Part shown: positions 50,920-64,000 of the stretch, one piece after another | Position numbering within the stretch: position 1 is the stretch's first letter | Layout: each line of letters begins with the position of its first letter | Source of the DNA: the human T2T-CHM13v2.0 reference genome, Homo sapiens | NCBI RefSeq assembly: GCF_009914755.1 | Contig: NC_060927.1 | Strand: one strand, 5' to 3' | Length of the DNA: 64,000 nucleotides | The notes under the pieces: model-generated | Told to the model about the DNA's origin: nothing | The model's input: only the letters and a program-made list of their open reading frames with translations | The model's database searches: none | Translations under genes and position numbers: made by a program

Positions 50920-51840
50920 TTACCTTTGCATTTTTACACTTCCACATTCAATATGTTATTTGATTCTCATGATAATCCCGTGAGGTACACAGAGAGTATC
51001 ATACTCATTTCACAAGTGTAGATACCGAGGCAGGGAAATTAAATGCTTCTTCCCTGTTGAATCTGTTTTGAAGATTCCGGAACTGACCCCAACTCTTTAA
51101 ATTTCAGTCCAGTATTCTTTTCAAAGTCATATACTTTTAAGAAATGTTTAAATATTACTATTAAATATATTTAATAATATTACATTAATTGACAGAATAT
51201 TTAATATACTTAATTTACACTATTAGAGATGTATCGTATGTAAACTATATCTTGTCTAGCACCAGTAAGAATTTTATCCATTCCCTTATTCCATTCATTT
51301 ATTTATCAGGTATTTCCCGACTGCTTACTATACGCCAGGGTCTGTTATAGACACATTTGGTAGTGAACAAAACAGACAAAAAGCCCCGCCCCTGTAGCGG
51401 TCACACTCTAATTGAAGAACTCAGACAATGAGTAAGATAAAAGAGTAAAATTCAGAGTATGTCAGAGAGTTACACGTGCTTTGGAGAATAAAGCAGACCA
51501 AGAAGAGGGTAAGGAGCGTTGAAGGGGTGATGCAATTTCACATAGGATGCTCAGGGACTACCTCACTGAAAACATGACATTTAAGGCAAGACCTGGAACG
51601 GGAACTAGCCAGCCATGTGGCAATTTGCAGGGTGGTGCGTGGGGCAGGCAGTCAGCAAATGAAACAGCAAATGCAAGGCCCTGAGGTGGTTCCTCCTAGC
51701 ATGTCCAAGGAACAGTAAGCAGTCAAGTGTGGCTGGACTGGAGGGAGAGACAGGGAGAGGCTAAAGATGCAGGGAGTGGAGACTGGGGATTAGAGCACGT
51801 AGCCCACTGTAAAGACCCGGGGTTGACTTAGAGAATTTTC
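50920..51840 (-). mobile_element. MIR (-) followed by L2a 3' fragment (-)
   Basis: TTATTTGATTCTCATGATAATCCCGTGAGGTA (MIR); TTCCATTCATTTATTTATCAGGTATTT...TAGTGAACAAAACAGACAAAAAGCCCCGCCCC...TGCAAGGCCCTGAGGTGG (L2). Confidence 0.82.
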
Positions 51841-52047
51841 TGTCATTTACTAAAAACCAATACAAGCGCTAAAAGACAAAGCTAAAATAAAAACAAGACA
51901 AGGCCAAAATGCAAACAACCAAATCATGTAAGGGGAGGTTAAGATGGTGAGGAAGACAGGATAAAAACGTAAGGGGTATATGGAAAGAAAGGAAGAAAGA
52001 AATGAAGTGGTTATATTCTGTTCATTTGCTCTTTGTCTCTCTGTATC

Positions 52048-52366
52048 TTTATTTTTTTCTTTTATTTTTTGAGACAGAGTCTCGGTCTGCCACTTGGGCT
52101 GGAGTGCAGACACATGATCTCAGCTCACTGTAGCCTCAACCTTTTGGACTCAAGCGATCCTGCCACCCCAGCCTCCCAAGTAGCAGGGCGTACAGGCACA
52201 TGCCACCACACCTGGCTTAATTCTTTTTTTTTTTTTTTTAATTTTTAGTAGAGACAGGGTTTCACTATATTGCTCAAGCTGGTTTCAAACTCCTGAGCTC
52301 AAGTGATTCACCCGCCTCAGCCTCCCAAAGGGCTGGGATTACAGGCATAAGCCAAGGCACATAGTC
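52048..52366 (-). mobile_element. Full-length AluJ
   Basis: CTCACTGTAGCCTCAACC...CTCAAGCGATCCTGCCACC...CTCCTGAGCTCAAGTGAT (J diagnostics); TSD TGTCTCTCT. Confidence 0.95.
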
Positions 52367-53904
52367 TGTCTCTCTCTCTCCACCACACTTCCCTTGCTTG
52401 CTCTTTCTTGTTCTCATGCTTTCTCTCTCAGTTTTGGAAATTCCAGATCCAGGATACAAGCCCTCAAGCCAGCTGCCATGGGTGCTTCTCCAGGAGCCAT
52501 GCAGGGCAGGAGCAGGCAGAGGAGCACCTCATCACCACAAGCTTGGGCCCACACCCTAGACCTCAGTCAGGCTCCTGTCTAGCTGGGCCACAAGAACTCA
52601 TCAAGTCTTCTCTTGCCTGGGCTACAGGAGGAAACAGAACAAAACCCTCCTGATGCCCCAGCCCCCAGGCCTTCCCAGGGACAGCCACCTTCCAAGCACA
52701 GTCCGCTTCCAAGCAACAGGGAGAGAAGCCCCAGGAGAAGGAGGGAGAAGGGTGAACATTCAAGCTGTTAGCTCAGCCCTGTGAAAACTCACCCCCCAAA
52801 TCAGGAGTCCATAATACTCTTGCCTTTGACAGCCCTGACTCATCTTTGAAGGGGAGTGTGGCTGTGGCAAGGACATGGGTGTGAAGGAGGGAAAAGCATG
52901 ATCTTGCCTTCCCTCTGGAAGCCAGTGTTCCCCTACTTTTTCTTCTTCTTTTTATTCTATGGGCTCAATAGGCAAGCTCATATTCATTCAGTACATCCCC
53001 ACTACCCTTCCACCACCACCTCCTCACTATCTTGGAGAATTTTAGAAAATTTCTTTATGTAACGTCTCCAAACTTTGATACTAGGACCAGTGAGAGGGCA
53101 GTTTAGCCCCTCAAAGCCTTCTATCAATGGCTCTTTGATTTGCCTCCAAAAGTTACTAATAGATCAGAACAGGACAGTGCTCCAAGGCAACAAGGGACGC
53201 AAGGTGGAGAAGTCCCTCGCCATCCTTTGTACCAAGTAACTGAGCAAACAAGAATTGCCCTTATCCAGAAGCATACACACAATCTCAGTCAACCCAAGAT
53301 ACCATGATTATGGTGGGGGAGTAAGGACCACTAAAGTAGCTCTTCAAATTATTTCTCTCATTTGTGTTTTTCTCCAACACCACCCTCCTCTGAAGCTCCA
53401 CCACTCCTGGAATCACCATCCTAGTTTGATCTCCTCTGAACTTTTATTAATTAAACTTTTTATTTTGAGGTAATTGTAGATTCATATGTACTTGTAAGAA
53501 ATAATACAGAGAAATCCTTTGTACATTTACTCAGTTTCTCCCTATGTTAACATCTTGCAAATCTATAGTGTAATATTATAATCAATATGTTGATGTTCAT
53601 ATAGTCAAGATACTGAATCTTTCCATCCCCTAAGGATCCTTTACATTGTCTTTTTACAGGCCCACCTACTTCTCTTCTGCCCCAACCCTTTCCTTAACTG
53701 TGGCAACCACTATTCTGTTCTGTTTGTATAATGTTGTCAATTCAAGAATGTAATATAAGTGGAATCATACCATATGTAACCCTTTGAAATTGGCTGTGCC
53801 AAAACCGGATAATTCCTATCAGAAGATTCATCCAGGGTGTGTGTGTATCAATAGTTGGTACCTTCTCATTGTTGAGTAGTATTCGATGAATAAATGTGCC
53901 ACTG

Positions 53905-55321
<1,417 letters not shown>

Positions 55322-56281
55322 TAGTATGAATGGAGCTGTTGTATGCTTTCACATACAGGATTTTGCATGAGCACAAATCTTTATTTCTTTGAGATAAATA
55401 ATCAAAAGTGCAATTGTTGGGATGTATGGTAGTTGCATGTATCCTTTTTAAAAAAGGTATTTTCAACCTATTTTCCAAAGAGATTGTACCATTTTACATT
55501 CCCTCTAGGAATTTTAAGTGATAGAGTTCTCTCTATGCATATTCCAGATATTAATCCCTCATCATATATGTGATTTGCAAGTATTTTCTTCCCAGTCTGT
55601 AACTTGTCTTTTCATTCTGTTAACAGGGCCTTTTCACAAGGCAAAAATTTTTAATTGTGATAGTGTACTATTTATCACTTTTTACTTTTATGGATTGTGT
55701 TTTGGTGTCAAGTTTAAGAGCTCTTTGCTCAGCCATTGATCTTGGAGATTTTCTCCCTATAGGTTTTTCTCTTTTTCTGGTTTTTTTTTTTCATGCTTTA
55801 TATTTAATTCCATGATCTGTGTTTAGTTAATTTCTACATAAGGGTGAAACTTAGGTTGAAGTTTTTGTGTTTGTTTGTTTGTTTGTTGCTTGCCAACAGA
55901 CGTCAAATTACTGCAGCACCATATGTTGAAAGGCTATCTTTATTGAATTGTTTCTGTACCTTTTAAAAAATTGATGAGAGATACGTGTGAGCCTATGTAT
56001 GTGATTTCTATTCTATTCCATTGATCCATGTGTCTATCTCTCTACAAACACTATACAGTATAGATTATTGTAGCTATAAGTCTTAAAATCCAGTGGACAT
56101 ATTCCTCCTACTTAATTCTTGTTTTTCAAAGTTGTTTTAGCTATTTAAATTCCTTTGTCTTTCCATATAACTTTTAGCATAATCTCATTGACACGTACTG
56201 AAAATCTTGCTGTGATTTGGAGAGAAACTGTGACATATCTGCATATCAATTTGGGAAGAATTGATTATTCATTTTTACTAT

Positions 56282-56556
56282 GGTGGTAGGCAGAATATGA
56301 CTGTTGAAAGAGCTCTGCATTCTAATCCCTGGAACATGTGAATATGTTACTTTCTATGGGAAAGGAGACTTTGCAGATATGGGACTTTGATCTCCCCTCA
56401 GAGCCTTCATAAAGAACATGCCTTGCCAACACTTTGATTTTAGCCCTGTAAGATCCAGTATCAAACTTCAAAAATCCAAAACTGTAAGAAAATAAGTATT
56501 TTTTAAGGCACTAAGTTTGTGGTCATTTGTTAGAGCAGCAATAGGAAACTAATACA
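56282..56556 (+). mobile_element. MLT1D-like MaLR solo LTR, internally deleted, nested in L1MC
   Basis: GTGGTAGGCAGAATA...CTAATCCCTGGAACATGTGAATATGTTAC...GACTTTGCAGAT // CACTAAGTTTGTGGTCATTTGTTAGAGCAGCAATAGGAAACTAATACA; 5-bp TSD ACTAT/ATTAT. Confidence 0.88.
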
Positions 56557-59500
56557 ATTATGTTGAATTTTCAAATCAATGAACAAAAATGGTGTCTCTC
56601 CATTTATTTAGACCGTCTTTGATTTTTTTCTCAGCATTTTATAGCCTTCAGCATACAAGTCTTGTAAGTATTTTGTTAAGTTTATACATAGTGTTTCAGT
56701 TTTTGAGCAATGATAAGTGGTATTGTATTTTTAATTTCAATGTCCATGTGTTCATCGATAGTATATAGTAATGTAATTCATTTGTTTATGTTTATCTGCA
56801 TTCTGTAACCTTGCTAAATTCACTTCTTCTTGGAGCCTTTTTTTCGTAGACTCCTTGTAATTTGCTATAAAAGTCTATCATCTACAAATCAAGGCAATTT
56901 TATTTTGTTTTTCTAATCTTTATTCTTTTTGTTGCCTTTTCTTACCTAATTGCACTGGCTAGAACTAGAACCAAAACTATGTTGAATAAAAGTGGTGAAA
57001 GTGAAAATTCTCGCCTCATTCCTGATCTTAGGGGGAAAGGATTCAGTCTTTTATCATTATGTATAATATAAGCTAAAGGGATTTGTAGACATATTCTTTG
57101 GTTTCTGAGAGTTTTTTTAAATCACAAATTACTGTTGAATTTTGTCAAACGCTTTTTCTGCATTGACTAATATAATCATATATTATATTTTTCTTTCTAC
57201 TTAGCTATTCTAGCAGCCTTTCATCCTCAAAATAAACCTTTAGTAGCCTTGAATTCATAAAATAAACCCCACTTGGTTATGGTGCATAATTCCTTTTATA
57301 ATTGCTGATTTTATTTGAGATTTTTTTCTATTTTGTCCCTTTCTATTTTTGAAATTTTTTTTGCTTCTATATTTTTGGGAGATGTTAGTCTGTCGTTTTC
57401 TTTATTTGTACTGTCTTTGTCTGGTTTTAAAATCAAAGCAATGCTACCTTTATAAAGTGAATTAAGGATTATTCCTTCCTTTTCTATTTTCTAGGACATA
57501 TGTAGAACTGGTGTTAACTCTTCTTTAGTTTGGAAGAACTCTTTAGTGAAATCATTTGTAACTAGAAATTTCCTTTTTGGGAGTTTTTAAAATTCTGAAT
57601 TCAATTTCCTTAATAATTGTAGGGTTATTCAAATGATCTATTTCATACTAGATAAGTTGTGGTAGTTTATGGTTTTAAGGAATTGATCCATTTTATTTGT
57701 CAAATTTTTGTGTGGAGAGTTGTTCATAGTATTCCCTTATTATTCTTTTAGTGATTCAGTCTGTGATGATATCCTCTGTTTTTTTTCCTGCTATTAATAA
57801 GTTGTTTTCCTTCTCTTTCTCTCCATCTCTCCATTTCTATCTCACTCTCTTGCACTTTGATAGAGGTTTATCAATTTTATTGATCTTTCCAAAGAACAAG
57901 CTCTTTGTTTCATTGATTTTTCTATTGTGTTGTAGTTTTCTATGTCATTGGTTTCTGTTATCTTTATTATTTCTTTCCTTCTGCTTACTTTGAGTTTATT
58001 TTGCTTTACTTTTCTTTTTTTTTTTTTTTGTTGAGGCAGGAACTTGCATGATTGACCTGAGACTTTTTACTAATATAAGCATTTAGTACTATAAATCAAT
58101 CTCTCTCTCTCTCTCTCCCCCAGCACTTCTTTAGTTGTATCCCACATATTTGCAGTGTATTCTTATTTTCATTTAGTTCAATGTATCTCACTTTGTTCTG
58201 TGTTTTGTTTTGTTTTTTTTCACTCAGTGCAGTGTAATTTTCCTTGAGACTTTTTCTTTGACCCATAGATTATGTAAACTGTTGGTTAGTTTCCCAGTGT
58301 TTTGAGATTTTCCTATTATCTTTCTGTTATTAATTTCTAATTTGATTTTATTGTGGTCAGAGAACACATTCCACATGATTTTAATTACTTGTTTATCTTA
58401 TGGTCCAGAACATGCTCTACATTGGTATATATTCTGTGGTGCCTGAAAACAATGTGTATACAGCTGTGTTTTAGTGCAGTGTTATGTAAACGTGGATTAG
58501 ATCCTGTTGGTTGATAGTGGTGTTGAATTCTATATCCTTGATGATTTTCTGTCTAGTTGTTCCATTAATTATTGAAAGTTGGTTATTAAAATGTCCAACT
58601 ATAGTTATAGATTTGTCTATTTCTTCTTTCAGTTTTATCAGTTCTTATTTCACATATTTTACAACATTATTGTATGGTGCATACACATTTAGGATTGCTA
58701 TATCTTCTTGATTGAGTGACCCCTTTATCATTATATAATGTTCCTCATTGTCTCTGGTAATTTTCTCTGCTCTGGAGTCCACCTTATCTGATATTAATAT
58801 AGACAGCCACTTTTGCTTTCTTTTGATCCATATTTTCCAGATATATCTTTTAATATTCTTTTACTTTCAAATTACTTTTACTTTTATATTTGAGGTGAAT
58901 TTCTTACAGACAACAAATATCAGGTCATGTCTTTTAATCCACTCTATCAATTTCCATCTTTTAATTGGTATATTTAGACCATTAACATTTAATATAATTA
59001 TTGATTTGCTAGAATTGGTCTGCCATTTTCTTTATGTTTTCTACTTGTTCTGTTTTTTGTTGCTCTCCTTTTTTCCTACCTTTCTATAGGCTGCTTGAAC
59101 ATTTTTTAATTCCATTTTAATTTATTTATAATGTTTTTGAGTGTTTCATTTTGTAAAGCTTTTTGAATGGTTGTTTTAGGTAGTATATTACATATACATA
59201 TCATAATCTACTAATGTCATAATTTTTTCTGTTTGAGCGAAGTATAGAAACCTTACTCATCTTTACTTCCCTTTATCCTTCCCTATTTTAATCCAAATGT
59301 CTTAAATATTTTCTGTACATACATTTGGGACCATGTCAGACAACGTTATGCTTTGCGTAATGTTAAAACAAAGTGTAACGTTGATATGGTTTGCTATATT
59401 TTGCTTCAACAATCAAGCATAATTTGGAAAACTCAAAAGAAGAAAAAAGGTCTTTCGCATTTGCCCATACTTTTCCTTACTATATTCTTTCTTCCTTATA

Positions 59501-60509
59501 TAGTAAGGTTTCTTCTTTTACCCTTTCTTTCTGTTCAAAGTACATCCATTCATTATCCTTTTAGGGACATTCTGCTGGTGACAAATCCTCTTAGTTTTTC
59601 TTCATTTTAGAATGTCTTGATTTCCCCTTCACTCCTAAAGGATATTTTTGCTGGATATAGGATTCTGGATTGACAGTTGTTTTCTTTCAAAACTTGAAAA
59701 ATATTAGTGCTACTTCCTTCTAGCCTATGTGGTGTCTGATGAGAAATCTACATCTTTTAAATTGCTTTTCTCCTGTAGGGAAGGTATCATTTTTCTCTTG
59801 CTGCTTTCAAATGATTTTCTTTGTCTTTAGTTTTCAGAAGTTTGACTATGGTATGTCTTGGTATGAATTTATTGTGAGTCTATTCCCTTTGAGGCTTAGC
59901 CAATTTTGTGAATCTGTCTTTTGCCAAATCTGAGAAGTTTTCAGCTGGCTTTTTTTTTTTTTTTTTGACACTATTTTTTCAGACAAAGGGGTGTCACTTC
60001 ATTACTTCCAGGTGGAAGTAAAAATCCAAGTTCTACACTCAGCCTCAGTTTACATATGAGGGTGGTGGCTTGTCATTACCGCTGGGCAAGAGGAGAAATT
60101 CTAGCTCTCAATAGGCCTGCACTGATACCTCCTGGCTAGTAGGAGCAGGAATGCCTCATTGCTGTTTCCCATATTGTCTCCATTGACACCAAAAAGAAGG
60201 TGGTAAATCTCTGACTCTCCACCAGGCTAACTTTCCCACCATCTCTGTGGGGAGGGGACAGGTGCCTCGTTACTGCTGGGTCGAACTGGGAGTCTGGGCT
60301 ATCCATGTGGTCTCCACTTACACAATGATGGTGAGGGAGGGTGTTTGATTACCAGTCCGCAGGGAGGAACATTCTAGCCCCTTACTCGGCTTTTTCTAAT
60401 ATCACCCCAGTGCAGGGAAGAGTTTGAGGACAGCCCAGTGAGGGCAGAAGTCTAGGTTTTCCATTTGGCTTTTGCTGGCATGAGTGAGAGATCATGCCAT
60501 GAGTGAGAG

Positions 60510-60660
60510 TGGTTATTAAAATGTCCAACTATAGTTATAGATTTGTCTATTTCTTCTTTCAGTTTTATCAGTTCTTATTTCACATATTTTACAACATTAC
60601 TCTATGGTGCATACACATTTAGGATTGCTATATCTTCTTGATTGAGTGACCCCTTTATCA
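60510..60660 (+). repeat. 151-bp direct duplicate of 58580-58730 (templated insertion)
   Basis: Ungapped alignment at offset 1930 with 2 mismatches (58670/60600, 58672/60602). Confidence 0.97.
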
Positions 60661-61059
60661 CTTTGGTTGAGATAGAATGGCTATCATCTAAAAGATTTCG
60701 GTCTTGCCATGCTTTCCCTTTCCTGATCCTTTGGCTAAAGACAGCAGGCTTTTGCTGAGGCTTTTCTGTCCGTACTCATAGGTGCTTCTAGTTACTGGCT
60801 TCAGCTCCAAGTCTGGAATATAAGAGACACAAGAAAGCTGGGGGAACTCACCGTTATGTTGTTCCTTGGCTTTTGAACCCCTAGTTAGCCTGCCTTCTCT
60901 TTTCTACCTATCAGAATATTCTTACATTTGTTTTGTGTAGAACAGCCAAGGATTTTAGTTGCACTCAGCAGGAGGAAGAGAGAAAAGTGTGTCTACTCAA
61001 TCTTTCCAGAAGTGAAAGTCTCCACTGAACTTTTGAAATGGTGTTAAAACTGGATTTCT

Positions 61060-61635
61060 TACCCCAGTGTCTCATCCTTGCAGATAAAGTGTCATACCCT
61101 CTTTAAAATACTGAGAGACCATGCCATTTTCCTTTTTGCAGAACTCTCATGAATCTTCATTATTGCCTCTGGAATAATATGTAACATATCTGACTGCTGT
61201 TTAAAGTCTTCGTTATGTAACTTTTACCTACCTCTTTAATCTCTTGCTCTTCCCTTCCACAGGACCTAGAATCTCAGTGAATTGGACTTCTGTCGGGATT
61301 CCCTGAAAACTCTTCATGGTTTCTTGCTGCCTCAACTTGCTAGTTATTCTGTATACTTAGGACACCCCCCAAAAGTGCAAATTTTTTCTTTCCCATTTAA
61401 GGGTCATTTAGAAACTACAACCTATCTTTTCTACTTCCCTTAGAATTATGACCTACGTTATCTGTGGCACTTCTGTGGTGTGGACTGCCTATTGCCTGTG
61501 TAGAAGTTACATGTGAATATAAACTTATCTCCACTACTAGATTATAAGATCCTTGAGGGATGAAGCCCTGTATGATTCCTCTTGGCCTTCTCCAAAAGCC
61601 TTGGCACAAGGCATGACACAAAATACATGCACAAA
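61060..61635 (+). mobile_element. L2 relic including 3' end
   Basis: CTTATCTCCACTACTAGATTATAAGATCCTTGAGGG...GCCTTGGCACAAGGCATGACACA. Confidence 0.65.
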
Positions 61636-62569
61636 GAACATCTGAAGAATTAAAAACTCAGTGACTCACATGGTTCCCTACATGATAGTCCATCCAAAAA
61701 GTCTAATTGACTTTGCATCTTTAAGTATTTAGGGAGCTGTTTTCTAGGACTGGCTCTTGAGGCAAGGATTGACTTAGCATCTAAAGAGAGCTGGTTTCTT
61801 GAGTAATTGGAGGGAAAGCACTACTCTCTGTACCAAGCCAGATCTCTAGGGAAAGACTTTTTGTGGCTTTCAAAACCATAAAGACTGTCTTGTAAGACTA
61901 CAGGTTGATTATGAAAAGATGGGACGTAGACAGAGATCCAGAAATCTGCTGATTTATAGAAATAACACCTCCTATCATCCAAATTAGTAGTTCAAATTCT
62001 TCTTAGCAGTGCCAAACTAAAAGGGCATATATTTTAAAATCAGGGTGGAAAAGTGATCTTCTTCATCTATTCTTAGCTCAGAACATATCTATATCCAACA
62101 ATATACTTGAGATTGGCTTTGCATTGAGAGATCTATCCTGGGAATGAATATTTTCCAAGGAGCTCTCCCACTATCACAAAATAGGAGAAGGTAAAGTGGC
62201 TAGGAAGGGAGGAAGAGCTAGGGATGAGAACAAGAGGAGAGAAGAGGGAAAGTTTTCCATTCTTGTAATTGTCAAGAGCCACTCCTTGATGATTCCGCCT
62301 CCTCTCCTTGTCTGAGCTTCTTTTCTCCCCATCATGTTTGCTGCAGTATCTTTCTACATGGTCTCCCAGTCTGCATGTTTCTCTGCATCACTCCATGCTA
62401 AACACAAACACCAAAATCATCTCCCTAAAACTGGACTCTGCACCATCTACATTTTCAAAGAAACCTTATCTCTTCCTTATGGCACAGTAATCATGTCCAG
62501 ATACCTTCACCAGGCACTCATGGTATATAGCTTTACCTCTCACTATCCCAGTTACACCTAAGCAGGTAA

Positions 62570-62795
62570 AAGAAGGATGGGAAAAATACAGTCTCTAAGT
62601 CAGACCTGAGCTCAACTCCAGCTCAGTCTCGTAATAGTTTAATGATCTTAGGTAACATATTTTACCTTGAGGAGTCTCCGTTTCATTAAAAACTTGATTT
62701 AAAATAATAACTCAAAGGGCTGTCATGAGGAATAAGCAACGTGGTGAATAAATTATATAGCATGTAATAGGTGCTCAATAAATGGTAGCTACTTG
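62570..62795 (+). mobile_element. MIR relic
   Basis: AAGTCAGACCTGAGCTCAACTCCAGCTC...GGGCTGTCATGAGGAATAA...CATGTAATAGGTGCTCAATAAATGGTAGCTA. Confidence 0.8.
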
Positions 62796-63369
62796 TACTA
62801 TGCTCAACCACATTGAACAATTTCCCTTTTGCCAAAATACCCCTGAGTCTTTTCTCAGGCCAATGGCCCTGGCAAGATTGCCAAATGTGCCTACAGAAAG
62901 AATACATTATGCCAGGAGGAAAGGAGACTGGCTGAGGATGAAAGGTGGGTGGGGATGAGACAGCATCCACATAAGGTAAGCTGCCCCTTGTTAGAAAGAA
63001 ATGATGAATGGAGCTCTGAGAGAGGCGCAGGTGAAGGGGCAGGTCCACAAATTCAGAGTGGCCAGGCAGGGTCAGGCAGTTTCAGCATCTGATTCTCTTC
63101 CCTGACCATTAGAGCAATCCTCGGCCTGTCTTTCCACAACTAAGGAGGACACATCTCTTATCTCTTCATGCAGATGAATTGTCTGTGTTTCTTTAACAGA
63201 GAAGACATTCAGATGCTATATCCAGCACAGAAGAGAGGTTAGCAGAGGGCAACTCGGCTTGGGGTTTTAAATCTGAAGTATATTCACTATGGCTTGTACA
63301 GTTATAGTACCCATTATGTATGTATGTTATTATAAGGGGCTCTAGGAAATAGTGTCAGGAGACTCACTT

Positions 63370-63660
63370 CATAAGTATGTTTATTATTATCTCCGCTGTT
63401 CAAGCCACACAAAATAAATGTCTGGCATTTCCAGAAATTGCTATCGATTCAGCAGCAGATTTTACAAGGCCAATCAATAACAGTTTCCTCCTTTCCCCCT
63501 CCCACAGTGTGTATTTATTTGTGATGAAGCTGTCTGTTCCTCCTGCGCTTTCTAGTGCTTATAATTGGTCCAGAATAAACGGATGATTTCATCTTTTTCC
63601 AGGAAAAAAAGAGAGAATAAAAAACCTGCTATTAAAAATATCTTCCTCCCCCAGCCAAAA
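63370..63660. promoter_or_regulatory. Candidate enhancer (ONECUT/forkhead motifs) or short terminal exon
   Basis: ATCGAT 63443-63448, AATCAATA 63472-63479, TGTTTAT ~63378; pyrimidine tract + CAG ending 63507; AATAAA 63574 and 63616. Confidence 0.35.
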
Positions 63661-63970
63661 ACAAAACTGTGTGTGTGAGGGAGAGAGATAGAGATTGAGA
63701 TAGATACATCAATATAGATACAGATATAGATAGTGACTGAATTCAAGCATGTCTGCCAGAGTGAGACCTTCAGCACATAAGCCACAGTCTGTGATCCTCT
63801 TTTCCCTGTACTGAAGTCATGCTGGATTAGGAGATTAGGGGCCCAGAAAGGCATATAGACCCTTTCAGTCATGAGTTCTTGTATTATGATGCCTTAGTAT
63901 TTTTCAGTGTCACCAACTATCTAACAGAGGCTGAAAGCAGGCAAGAACTTCAGAGTTTACCAACCCCAGC

Positions 63971-64000
63971 CTTTCTTTTTTATTATTATTATTATTATTA
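63971..64000 (-). repeat. T-rich/(TTA)n tract, probably the tail of a retroelement continuing past the window
   Basis: TTTCTTTTTTATTATTATTATTATTATTA at window end. Confidence 0.6.

Noticed and set aside
51159-51176. 18-bp perfect palindrome TATTAAATATATTTAATA
   Set aside because: Pure A/T low-complexity context where such palindromes are common; no supporting features.

Overview
This is primate (human-like) non-coding genomic DNA, intergenic or deep intronic. I find no supportable protein-coding gene, RNA gene or CRISPR array; the ORFs supplied are short and repeat-derived or random. Roughly half the window is transposon-derived: about 11 Alus (J, S and Y classes), many MIR and L2 relics, L1 fragments (L1PA/L1MA/L1ME), hAT DNA transposons (MER3, MER5, MER63A) and MaLR LTRs. 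A ~7.5 kb antisense L1MC-class element (53.4-61.0 kb) hosts a MER11A solo LTR, an AluS and an MLT1D. Repeat families were assigned from recalled consensus sequences, so subfamilies and old-repeat boundaries are approximate. The best-supported unusual structures are: (1) a young multi-step templated insertion at ~60.5 kb (inverted 8-mer, direct 12-mer, then a 151-bp copy from 1,930 bp upstream); (2) a MER11A LTR that landed inside an Alu target-site duplication, which fixes the insertion order; (3) a nested Alu/(TG)n/(CA)n/Alu fold-back; (4) several repeat-free, motif-dense or CpG-retaining blocks that look like enhancers. I found no convincing evidence of a new gene system.
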